A DNA stretch of 64,000 bases, taken from assembly GCA_002269645.1 (NCBI GenBank), contig NIVC01000446.1, forward strand, positions 530,078 through 594,077, given 5' to 3'. The translations under genes and the position numbers were made by a program. The notes beneath the pieces were generated by a model, which was not told where the DNA came from, did no database searches, and worked only from the letters and a program-made list of their open reading frames with translations. Shown piece after piece: positions 45,044 to 56,305 of this stretch (position 1 is its first letter; each line of letters opens with the position of its first letter). The DNA comes from Macrostomum lignano (Eukaryota).

Positions 45044-45611
45044 CTATATTGATGACAATCATGACACTTAAATTGAGCACAAAATGAAACACAGTACTTG
45101 ATAAAAAAGCTGAAAGGACTGGTGTCCACAAAAAATCGCAGGAAACGAGCAAAATGGACAAAATTATCGCTGAGCGATAAAAAATCGCAGTGGTGGCAAC
45201 ACTGTAAATACGAGCTAAAACGAAAAATGCTATAATAATTGCATGCTAAAAAGTTTTAGACTACGCAAAACAGCGGAAATGCTTCTAAATTCAGCGCAAA
45301 AATTTCTGTTTCCGTGAGGCAATGTGATGGAGGGCTGAGGGGTCGCTGAGAGATGAAGAACTGTAAAATGCGCGTGACCTGCCATTTATTAATTCTAAAA
45401 GATTATAGAATTTATAGAATAACAGCCGAGTTCGTTCAATTATAACAAATTGAGGATAGTTGAACTTGCAGTTATAACGCCTTTCCCGAAAATTCTAGAA
45501 TCTACTAACCTTGAACCAATTGTATTTTCCGGAAACTTCCCTCACTTCTAAATGATTACTTGTAGCATTTTTAGCTATAAACATATTATCATAAAATGTA
45601 TTTAATGCGTC

Positions 45612-45975
45612 GGTGGTGCCGTAGCCCAGTGGTCCAACGCGGCGCTTGGATGTACCAGCGGCCCAGGCTCGATTCCAAGTGCAGTCACATTAATTTGGGG
45701 CTGAATTGGAATCTCGGCTTGGCTCTGCTCGTGCAATTAACGGCCTTGAGGGCCAACCCCCAAGGCGCAGTGAAGTGTACATGCCTAACGATAAATAAAG
45801 TTAGGGCCGCTGTACACTCCTGTGGGAGTGTGTGCCTGCGTACGTATCCGCGCGCTTGTGTGCCTGCTCAGGGGAGTCGGCGGAATGGGCAGTAATGCCT
45901 CTCGCCGGTTGTGTGACAGTGTGGCGCTTAAAGTGTCCCAGGGTGCACATGGCCCCTGCCTCTAATAAAAATGCA
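45612..45975 (+). mobile_element. Second tRNA-derived SINE family
   Basis: A-box TAGCCCAGTGG (45622), B-box-like GGCTCGATTCC (45666), a ~300-bp body unrelated to the CORE SINE, and AATAAA near 45964. Confidence 0.6.
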
Positions 45976-48015
45976 TACACCCTATCCCTCTGATAGATGC
46001 AATTAGTCTTTTATAAAACTTTAGGAAGGCCATATTACTATAATAAACACACAAATCCAATCTGCGTGTTACTTAAGACTCTTCCAAGTAATCATCTATG
46101 CTTGGTAACAGGAAAAACGAATTTAATCGAACAGAAAGAATGCGAATCAAGTTCTTAGGCTTGTTACCGAGCAGCCTGACAGTGCATAACTAGGCTCAAT
46201 CAGGACTCTGATTCTTGAGTCAGATTGTGTGTATAGATATTTAATAAAATTATAATTCATTTAGGAAAAGTCAATTAAATGATAAACATAAGGATAATGT
46301 AAGGCATCAGTTTAATGTACGTACAGTGCCACTAACCTGTGCATAGACGTATGGCAGCATATTATAAATATGAAAAGTATCAAACAAAGAATATATTATA
46401 GAGTCAGTCTAGAGTTGACAACATAAATACAGACAGCTATAAATCAGCGCTTGCACAAATAAATATAGCCTTAGTGACAGAATGTTGCAAAACCAATCGC
46501 ATTGAAGGAAGGATTCTAATGGTTGAAAAATAGTGAATTAAATCAATATTGTCGAATACAGTATTATCAAATGTCTGAAGCCATAACTAGAATGTGAATA
46601 TCTGAGAGGCTGCTACAGAAGAAGGCAATGCCGCACTGAAAATGTATGTATATGGTTACGGGCCAATATTCATATATGCTCTTTATCAATCTTGTCCTAA
46701 GCCTGTTTATTTGACAAAACTGATAAAACTTCTATAAGGTTATCAGGCAATATCAATCAAGTGCACCATGGCGCAACTGCGACATCCCCACCACAACCCT
46801 AGGGGTCGGCCCTCAAGGCTGTGAACCGCACGACAACCTCTGGTAGCCAATGCAATTTTTCCTGCACAACCCCCAAATGAAAGTGAACTCTTCTTCTACA
46901 ATCAAAGATTAAACACGGAGGAGCAAGGACTAAAAGTATAAAGGCATGATCGAAAACGCAGAAGAAAAAAGAAACGCAAAAACACGGTTAAAAGTTTCAG
47001 CAAGAAAACCTGAGACAGAGATTCAAGTGGCTCAAAGAGGTGCACGCAGTTGCGCAATGTACAACTGGGTCAAGGCCCCAACTGCATGAAGCGCCAAGTG
47101 CATGAGTACATCAGCTGGTTAAGAACCAAGCAGACAAAGAGTGCGCCTGCATAACAATCAATAGTTCAATGGACGTGAAACAGTGAGCTGTGCGGTGCTT
47201 CAATATCTGTAGCAAAGAACAGGACTGAACTCTATATAATAAAATAAATATAATAAATATACACGAGTATGATAATTCGGTTGGAGTACACAGAGTTTAT
47301 AATATTGTTTCAAGACTTGTATAGACATGGGAAAAATATGATTAATCGCGAGATTAAAGTCTTTGGATATTCAAAAATGTCATTGGAGTTCGCAGCTACT
47401 ACTACTCATAGCATTATAGTTATTGCCGCAGAAGCAGTTAGCTATGAAGTGAGTGCAGGAACTGACTACAACAGTGGCTGCTGCTGACTTCGTACCAGTC
47501 AGAGAGAGAATCCAGCAAAGTGCTTTGACAGTAATAAAAAATAAAATAGTAATTATTAGTGCTAAACTGAATAGAGGTAGCTGATTATTTCTTATCTAAA
47601 AAGTTACATCCAATAAAACATTCAGATTCTAAAGCAGTCGGCTTGTGCTACTACTACAAGTAGCTATCCAGGTGTGCATTTTTTAAGAGATGATCTTAAT
47701 CCTAATCATTGGACAGCTAAAGTACAAGGACTGCAGACTGCATCCGAGGTACAAATCAAGCAAGCACGTGTTTTGTCCAAGGCGCACTTTCAAGTTCTTC
47801 AAGCTGTTTCTTTCAAGTAAGCAAAGTTGCAGCAAAATTTAGAAAAAGACCAAAAAAGCAAATCTTTACGAAATTATTTAGAATCTGCACGATTTGAAAA
47901 GTGCATAGTGTCCTTCTGCTTCAGCTGTCCTGGATTGTAAGTTTAAATCAGAGGTCGGAAATATTTTTTACCTTAAAGGCCAGATAGAGAGCCTGGCTCA
48001 TGATTGCCACGTCAA

Positions 48016-48435
48016 GGGAGGAGGAGAGAAGAGAGGGAATAGGGATAGGAGAAAGGAGAGATGAGGGAATAAAGAAGAAAAGAGGAGAGGAGAGGAGGGA
48101 TGAGGAGGGAGGAGAGAGGAGAGAGGGGAGAAGAGAATAGAAAAGAAGAAAGAGGAGAGAATAAAAAAGAGGGGAGAGAAAAGAAAGAGAAGAGGAGAGA
48201 GAGAGGAGAAAGGAGAGGAGAGGAGGGGAGAGAGAAGAGGGGAGAGTGAGGAGAGAGAGGAGAGGAGAGAAGAGAAGAAAAGAGGGAAGGGAGAATAGAT
48301 ACAAGAAAAGAGAGAGGAGAGAGGAGATAGGAGAGGGGGAGAAGAAAAGAGAGAGGAGAGAGGAGAGAATAGATAGAAGAAAAGAGAGAGGAGAGAGGAG
48401 AGGAGAGAGTAGAGAAAAAGGGAGAGAGGAGATTT
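48016..48435. repeat. Polypurine (GA-rich) tract
   Basis: Almost pure G/A on the + strand, 3' of the UBXN10-like stop. Confidence 0.9.
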
Positions 48436-48819
48436 TGCAAGAGAGCTGAGAAGAGACACAAACCTTGAGCATGCTATTGTCAAGTTTCAAAGGACCTGAC
48501 GGCCGGTAGAGAGGCGTCGCGGACCGAATGTGGCCCGCGGGCGGAGTTCGCCCACCTCTGGTTAGAAAAAAAACTCAAACTAGAAAACAATATTTTAATT
48601 ATTACTTGTATTGACTGATCTGAGTTTTGCCAGATGCAAGCTGACTCAAGCACAGTTGACTGCAGGAAATCGGTACAAGTTATTCAGAGTGGGCGGGGAC
48701 AGAAGCCGCAAAGTCGAGTCCCAGAAGATGCTTTCAATCAGGAAAACGGCTGAGAGGATCACCCATGATTGCAGTAGGAGAAGAAAAGCAGCTCAGCCAA
48801 TAGGAATTTCGCCGGCTCG

Positions 48820-51273
48820 TCACTCCAGCATCTCTTCGTCACCATCGTCGTCATCGTCGTCCAGGGCCTCCTGCAGGATGAGCAGGCTGCGATCCCGGAT
48901 GCCGAGCTCCTGCAGGCTGCGCTCCAGCTGGCGGCGTCTGAAAGCCGTTCTGTCGTCGGCGCGCACGAGCTCGCACTCGCTGAAGTCCTCCTCGGCGGCC
49001 GCTTCGGCGAATTTGCGCACGGCCAGCAGCGGACTGTCCGGCCGGAAGTGGCGCTGCATCCGGGATCCGTTCGGCATGCGCAGCGCCAGCAGCAGCCTTG
49101 GCGAGTCCGGGCCAGGTTCGGGGCGAAGACCGGGCGCGGCCGCCGCGTTGGCGCCGCCTGAGCCGCCGCTGTCGCCGACAATGGGGGTGGCGGAGACCGC
49201 CTGCGGGACAGAGGACATTGAGCTGCATTTTGGTGATCTTAATTTAGACCTGCATGCCCAACAATATTCTATAGTCTAATGCGAACTTTATAAGCTTTTT
49301 TCTATCTGGAAATTACAGCACATGCGTGCGCGACAATAAAGATTTTTTTGCGTGATAGGAACACCAATGAAATGCGTTATAGAAAACATGTATAAACTAG
49401 CATTCAGTCAGAATGAAGCTTCCGCTGCCCCCCCCCCCCATCTTTTCCGCTCCTGCGCCTGCTCGCTCTTTTCACATTCTCCCAATATAACTCTGAATTT
49501 CTAGTCTAGACCACAGATATTAAAATAACTAGATGGGCAACAGGCATATACACTTCGTAAAAAACAGCTTTCTACTTCCAGTTCAGTAGCAAAGAAGAAT
49601 ACATAAGCTTAAAATAAGGGCAAGATAAAATGAATTTGATAAATTTAGAAGCCCCAAAAGCTTGTAGGCGTAAACAGCTTGCCAATTGGTTCAGCAATAA
49701 TGTACATTGGCCAGTCCACTGAAATGTACATGGCAGCTTTAGGCTGGAATTCCGAGAAAGGCAATAAAAATTGGGTGGCGGGGGGTTTGGAAAGGCGCGG
49801 TTGGAGGGTTTAAGCGGGAGGGTAAAAGCCAATAAATGAGCCTCTGCTTTACAAATGCATTTAAATGCTTCTGTTCAACTTACTACTGAACTGAAAGTAG
49901 CTTACACGCATATGTGCTGAGCGGCCCATCTAGGTAATTCTAGTACCTGTGGTCTAGACTAATCTACTCAGACGATATTCAGAGTTGTCCCCCAACACCA
50001 TCAAGAAAACCTCTTTTTTGAATCGAGCCCTAGACTCCGATATCCTGGTCTAACTCAGAGATCATCTGGAGACGCGTCAAGATAGAATTACAACAATATC
50101 AAAAAGTGACCAGCTGTAGCTCTCCTTGTCTCTGAATTGATTATACAATTGCAACTGTAACGATCAAGGAAGCTGTAGAAAAAAACATCCTTGTTGAGGG
50201 TTATACATCGATAGAAACCGATCGAACTTGTCTAACTGATTGGAAACCTATACGATTGGAGACCTCGTCAGAGAGAGCCAGAAGGAGAAAAAAACAAAAA
50301 ACATTTGAATCGGCCAGTCGGCTCGCTAGACTCTCCAAGGGGGCTCTGGACGCTGCCGCAATCCAAGGCGGTGCGGCTATGACTTTCTCAACATCAGACA
50401 GGTTGCGCAATCTGCGCTCCTGGGGTTCAGTGCAAGCTTGAGTTCAATTAGCAGGCATGTGAACATTTAGCACAGCGCGCCCACCTGACTAGCTGGTGTA
50501 GCAGTTTTCGGCTGAGGAGATTGCTTCTGCGGCTGCTGCTGCGGCTGCTGCTGCTGCAGGCCGTTCCCATTGCCGCTGATGTCGGGCAGAACTTTGTACT
50601 TGGATGAAAATGGCCTCGCCGGAGGAAACGTAGTGGCGAGTGCTAGGAGCTCCTCCTGCTGTTGCTGCTGCAGCAGCAAGTCCTGCGGGTCCGGCGGCTG
50701 CTGCAGGTCCATCATGGCGTCCTCGATGGTGTTGCGGTGATGATGCAGCTGCTGCTGCTGCTGCTGTTGCTGCTGCTGCCGAGCCGAGCCAGATCGCAGA
50801 CCCGGCCGGCTTCCCATACTGACAGTGGCTGCTTCGCCTCCCGACTGCACCGGTGGTCGGCGCCGCCCGTAGCCGGTCTGGGGTCGTCGACGCCGGGCTG
50901 TGGCGGCCGTCTGCGGCCTCGGGTCGTCAAGAATGAGGACGTCCGCGTCCGAGCTGCCGATACCGATTGGCAGCTGCTGTTGCTCCTGCTGATCGTCCAT
51001 CTGCTGCTGGTCTGACGGTGGCATTGTCTGCCTTCGACCGTGACCGGTTTTCGGCCGCGCCGCTGGCTGATGCTGCTGCTGCAGCTCAGCTTCTGCTGGG
51101 CTATTGGCAGAAACGGCGGCGGCGGCGGCGGCGGCGGCAGCTGCGGCAGAGGCAGCTGCGGCAGAGGCGTTGTTGTCGGCCCTTGTGGAGGCGGATGAGT
51201 CATAATAACTGCCACAGGCTGGGCCGCGGCGCCTGCCATGGCCAGTCTTGGGGCGCTCCGAGTGCAGCATCAT
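48820..51273 (-). CDS. UBXN10: UBX-domain protein 10-like (ciliary p97 adaptor)
   Basis: Exon 51273-50485 (ATG after acceptor CTTAAAG; donor CAG|GTGGGC) joins 49200-48820 in phase 0. RPKTGHGR repeats, SKYKVLPDI and a C-terminal UBX domain (LLLALRMPNGSRMQRHFRP...RSLQELGI) match UBXN10 features as I know them. An intermediate exon near 50419 is not excluded. Confidence 0.72.
49560..49925. mobile_element. Dispersed MITE-like repeat
   Basis: Inverted pair CTACTTCCAGTTCAGTAG ... CTACTGAACTGAAAGTAG. The interior is similar to ~42470-42790 (CTGAAATGTACAT, GGCAATAAAAAT..GGTGGCGGGG). Confidence 0.5.
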
Positions 51274-53260
51274 CCGGGATCCTTTAAGAGCGGGGCGAGG
51301 ATTGAACAAGTTTTTGAAGCGTAAATTAACTTAGAAGGTTTGTTTGAATAAAGATTTCCAATAAACCTCGAATATGCTATATGCTTAGATTTTTAACATT
51401 TTTTGCTGGCTTATTCAATACTTGTTATAAGGGTAATTAAAAGAAAGAAAAGAAATAGTTATTGAAGCCCAATTGTCATTTTTATACTTAGTTTATTACT
51501 ATGGTTATTGGTTAAATTATTTTATGTCCAACTCAGAAAAAACGCAAAAAAGTATATCTGTAGCTTGAAATTATATGCGTCTTTTAGATGAGATAGCTCA
51601 TGAACTATGAATATATGCTGCACTAGAAGAGCAAATCAAAAATAAAAAGTATATATATATATTTACAGTTCTATATCAGATATGACTTTCCTTTTCTTAG
51701 AAATCCTATGAAAACAAAGAATTAAGAACCTAAGAGTTTAAAAATTAATATCAAGTTTAATAACAATGGCCAACATAATTTTTTGTTTAGGTGCTAGCAT
51801 TTAGAAGATTTTGTGACAAATTTGTAATCAATTTGTTAGAGTTGGCAGTTATGCTTTGTCCTATTACGAGTATGTAGGCTAAAATAATTATTAATATATT
51901 AACTTACAATATTAAAGCTGATTGCTGAATTACCTAAAAGGAAAAAAATTATGCATGTTTATACTCGTAACTGACCATCTTGCAGTTCAAATAATAAAAG
52001 AAAATTATTGTAACTTAATTTAACTATTAAATTTAGTAATCATTATTCCAGCTTATTTATTTGATTGTAGTACTTGACAAATAATAATATAAATATTATA
52101 TATAAATATTAAAGTTAATAAATTGGTTATTAAAGTTATTAAAGTTAAAGAGTGAATAATAAACACGCATTGTTATGTTCACTAGCTTTGACTAAACCTG
52201 TAAATTATCAGTCAAGTTCTACATTGATTGAAAATACATATGTAGCTATATTTAACTTTTTCTTTTCAAAAAGTCGTATGACCCACGCACCATAGTACTA
52301 ATTGAGCTTTGAGCATTCTTTTTCCCGAAAAATGATAGCCGTAAACGACCCATGGCTGAAAAAATATATAGATAACACTAAGTTTATATGCACCAATTAG
52401 TTAAGTTAGTGGCTTATATTTTGATTCATTGTTTTCTTATCAAAACTCATATCGATATTTCTCGATTGCAAAATGCGCTCAAAAATGATCAGAAATATGC
52501 AAGTTAAACTATATTACAGCTAAATATTTTTAGCAAAAACTTAAAAAACCAATACCAAGCAAATTAGGATGTATAAAAAATACTTACTTTTCGAAAATAC
52601 TTTTGCGAATATAACTTTTGCTTTAAATTTTTTTATCTCTTTTGTTATACTTTTAACTATTGATAAAAAACGGAAAACGTCAAATACAATAGATTTCATA
52701 CTAAACTGATTCAAAAAAGAATAATTTTTGTTTTAATCTTGTCAGTACAGCGCTCTAGGCTCTAAATCAACATCGGATGAATCAAGCTATGGTAAAGAGC
52801 TTTTTCGGTCTCATATCCAATAATCAAGTATAGCGAATCCCGCTAGTGAGAGAAGTCTACTACTTATGATGTTGCAATCTACAAAAATATGCATACGTAC
52901 GAGCGTACGGTTTGATCGATTAGAAAGAGATTTTACACTTTTTTGAAAAAAGCTTTTACTTGCGATATTTTGAGTCCGGATTTAAAAAAAATTGTTTCAA
53001 TCTGCGCGTGCATTCTGGTCTTGTACTTTCTTTGAAATAAAGAAATAAAGTCTCTTAAATTTTAATTTAATATTCATGCATGCTAGATTATTCAAATTCA
53101 ATGCTGCATGCCTAAAAGGTGCACATAACCTCAAATCGAGTCCTGCTTATGTATTTCATATTAAATTTAAAAAACTAAAAATGCCAACCATGGAGGAGAG
53201 CAGGAAAGAGCAAGTCATATCAAGTAAATGTGAAATTTAACAAGCCACTTTTGTAATAGA

Positions 53261-53458
53261 TCAAGACGACTTAGGCTCGCCTTCGGCTTTTTCAGGCGGT
53301 TTCTCCAGCACCGAGTCGATAAGGCCAAATTGAACCGCCTCAGTTGGCGACATGAACCGGTCGCGCTCCATCGCTTCAGCCAGCACGGACTCGGGCTGAC
53401 CCGTATGCTTGGCATAGATCTTCAACAGGGCCGTCTTCATGCGTAATATCTCCGCCAC
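53261..53458 (-). CDS. CLPP: Mitochondrial ClpP protease, terminal exon
   Basis: VAEILRMKTALLKIYAKHTGQPESVLAEAMERDRFMSPTEAVQFGLIDSVL is the ClpP C-terminal region. Acceptor GTACAG, phase 0. Upstream exons were not found in the window. Confidence 0.92.
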   Translation of the reverse strand: MAEILRMKTALLKIYAKHTGQPESVLAEAMERDRFMSPTEAVQFGLIDSVLEKPPEKAEGEPKSS

Positions 53459-53569
53459 CTGTACAGTTTGATAAAACACTGTTAGTAAGATTCGAATAGT
53501 ACAAAGCAAAGTTAAATATTTCCAGAAGGGTTGCGAGTACCCTGCTTGGTGTGTACGATATTCTTTGGT

Positions 53570-53917
53570 TGTGGCGTCAGGAATAATGGCTTAAGAACGA
53601 ACAACAAGCATTTTACTCGATATACACAAGTGAACGCAAGACGGAAGAAATTCAGCCTAGGGGGCAGGCCCAATCTAGCTCAGCCAATGAGAGAGCAGTA
53701 AGGAGAGAAGTCAAAGTCAGACGGACGAAACTCAGCCTAGGGAGCAGGCCCAATCTAGCTCAGCCAATGAGAGAGCAGTAAGGAGAGAAGTCAAAGTCAG
53801 ACGGACGAAACTCAGCCTAGGGGGCAGGCCCAATCTAGCTCAGCCAATGAGAGAGCAGTAATGAGAGGTAGAAAAGCACATCTGTTTATCGGCCTGGCTG
53901 GGGCGCCAGTCGCCACC
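53570..53917 (-). mobile_element. Probable solo LTR with three 80-bp tandem enhancer-like repeats
   Basis: Ends TGTGGCG (53570) and CGCCAC (53911-16). An 80-bp unit containing CCAAT recurs at ~53652, 53732 and 53812. AGTAAA lies near the minus-strand end. No TSD seen. Confidence 0.45.
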
Positions 53918-54070
53918 CCTTTTCTCTCTTGCTCGCTATGCATACGCACTGGATTTGGCTTTTTTTAAGTTTTCCTGCAATCTTCTATCTTAAAATGATT
54001 TCGTTTTAAATATTTTTGAGTCTGGGGAAACCTACGCTCGTAGATTCGGTGAAATAGAATAAAGATGTGA

Positions 54071-56281
54071 TGTAACCACGCTCTGGTCGCGGGATAGGGC
54101 ATGGGAACTTTTTCGAAAGTGCCTCCTATCCCGTGCACCCTCTGCACAGAGCTGTCGAGACTCGGCCAGGTCTCCGCCCGGGCCTGGAGACTCCCGCTCT
54201 GCTGCACCCCTCCTGCTGCCTTGGTCCCGTCTCTCCTGCCGCCACACCTGCCTTTCCGGAGCCCCTACCCCTTTCTGTACCTCCCCCTCTACCCTATCTC
54301 TTCTGTTCCCGCCCTATTCTTCCTGTACTTTCTCTACCTCCTCCCTTTTTTTGTCTCCCTCTGCACTCTTTTCCTGCGCTGTCCCCTCTTTCCCTGTGTC
54401 TACTTACAGTACTTTGTGTGCTCACCGTCTCCCCATCCCCTCTCAAACTCCCAAACGGTGACGCAAGTCGTGTGACCCCTTCTCCCCCTCGGTGACTCAT
54501 CGATGACTCATCCCCCTCTCTTGCGCAACCTTTTCTCACGCTATTGTTCTCCTTCCCAAATTTCTCATGTGACACCCACCCCACCTCCGCTTCTATTGTT
54601 CTCGTTTTTGCTTCTTTTGTTCTCTCGACCCCCACCAATTATCACATTTTCTCCGGTTTTCTCTTTCTTTTGTTCTCGTTTTCGCACCTAATTATCACCT
54701 TTTCTCCAATGTTTACTTTTCCATTGTTCTCAGTTTTCCCCAATTATCCCCGATTTCCAATTCCTTTGTTCTCGACCCCAGCCCTATTGTTCTCAATGTT
54801 TGCTTGCGCAACACTTTCGTGACCACCCGCTGCGCCAATTATCCCCCCACCCCACCTCCGGATTGCGCAATTTCCCGATTTCTCATGTTGCTATGCCGGT
54901 CTCGTGCTTCTCATCATGACTCATTCTGACGTCATTCTGCCGGCAGCCAATCAGAGAGAGGGAGCCATGGTAACGACCTTGAGGAGGCGGCTGTGAGGTC
55001 TATAAAAGGAAGCGATTTCGGCATGAGAATACTCAACTGAGTTTATCTCTGTTCCTCTCCTCGTCCTTCTTTGGACTTGCTGTCAGATTGAGTTCTGACC
55101 CATTCGTCTATAAGACGAATCCCTGCCGGCCCGCGGTCTGTTACCGCCAAGTTATCCTTAGCTCCCCAAGTGAGCTCGCCTATCGGCCAGCGGTCTGATA
55201 CCGCCCCGCATCATCAGCATCGCCTGATCTACATCAGCGCCTCGTCGCTCCAGCGCATCGCCGCTTCACCGTCTGCCTGACTGCAGCCTACAGCCGCCCT
55301 CGGTCACTCCGCCTCTCTCTCTCTCTGTGCAGCTGCCGGTAAGTTCCTACTACTAATTTGTGCTCTAATTGCCTTTGCTTATCCGGGGTTTGCCTATTTT
55401 CCATTGTCTGATTAGAGAGCTGAGCCAATTGTGATACCGTATCTTTTGCTGTATTTTACTCAATAGTGAAGCCGCCTAATTGCCTGCTTATTTGCCTAAG
55501 GGCCTAATTATTAACTATTAACTAACTTCATCATTATTCAATCTTTCACCATCATTTCACTCATGGCTTGCTAAGCCTTTCTCCCGGGGTGGCAAAGCAT
55601 AAGGAAGTTTGGGTAAGCTAATGGCCTCTCCCCGTGCAAAGCCCGCCTGTGAGGGCGTGCTGCGGGGCCGCGTGTGCGTGCAGTAGAGGGATTAGCGAGT
55701 CTTGGCACAGAATGGCAGTAGGAAGGTTGCACCCCATGCTAACGCGTCCCTTCGCCCTGAGCAATCTAAACTGTAGACAGTACATGTTCGCCTCATACTA
55801 CTCTTAGTAATCAAAGTCGCAAGTCAGCCTCGCTCACAGCCACAAAGGATCCCCTGCTGAGAAATCCTCCAGGATTGAGCCCAGAGTTCCCGATCATGCC
55901 CCAAGCAGAGTCCCTGTACTCGGCTGCATGCGTCTCCCCTGTTAGCCTAAATCCCCTGGTAACCAATCCAGGCGGGGCTCTAGCCTCGAGAGGTCTGGTA
56001 GAAAGATCCAGGTGCGCCAGGTCACATAGAGTGGTGGCAGCCACTCGGTCATACTATGACCGAGTGACCAACTATTGCACCTTGGCTACAGGTGGGGTCC
56101 ATGTGGGTCCTTGGCCCTCTGGTCACGAAGCGCTACCAAAGCTACTAATCATGTGGGCGGGACAGTCTGGTGCTGGAGGTCCGTCAGGTCATTGCCCGGT
56201 CATAGGCAGCCTACGGTCATTGCCCCCTCTAGTCATGCGTTCGTCTCTCTACGGAGCGGACAGGCGACAAGGGCGGTTACA
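54071..56281 (+). repeat. 5' LTR, 2211 bp
   Basis: Starts TGTAACC and ends GGTTACA (7-bp inverted termini). It is followed 6 nt later by the PBS and contains CCAAT and TATA. Confidence 0.85.
54493..55007 (+). promoter_or_regulatory. LTR U3 enhancer/promoter
   Basis: TGACTCA at 54493, 54504 and 54917; TTGCGCAA at 54521, 54804 and 54863; TGACGTCA at 54927; CCAAT at 54947; TATAAAA at 55001. Confidence 0.7.
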
Positions 56282-56287
56282 TCAAAA

Positions 56288-56305
56288 TGGTGGCAGCGGT
56301 GGGAT
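56288..56305 (+). promoter_or_regulatory. Primer binding site, tRNA-Leu (AAG/UAG family)
   Basis: TGGTGGCAGCGGTGGGAT is the exact 18-nt complement of the conserved metazoan tRNA-Leu 3' end AUCCCACCGCUGCCACCA. Confidence 0.9.

Noticed and set aside
50201-50441. Extra UBXN10 exon (acceptor at 50420) or a plus-strand exon
   Set aside because: An in-frame acceptor exists, but there is no good donor and the strand is ambiguous
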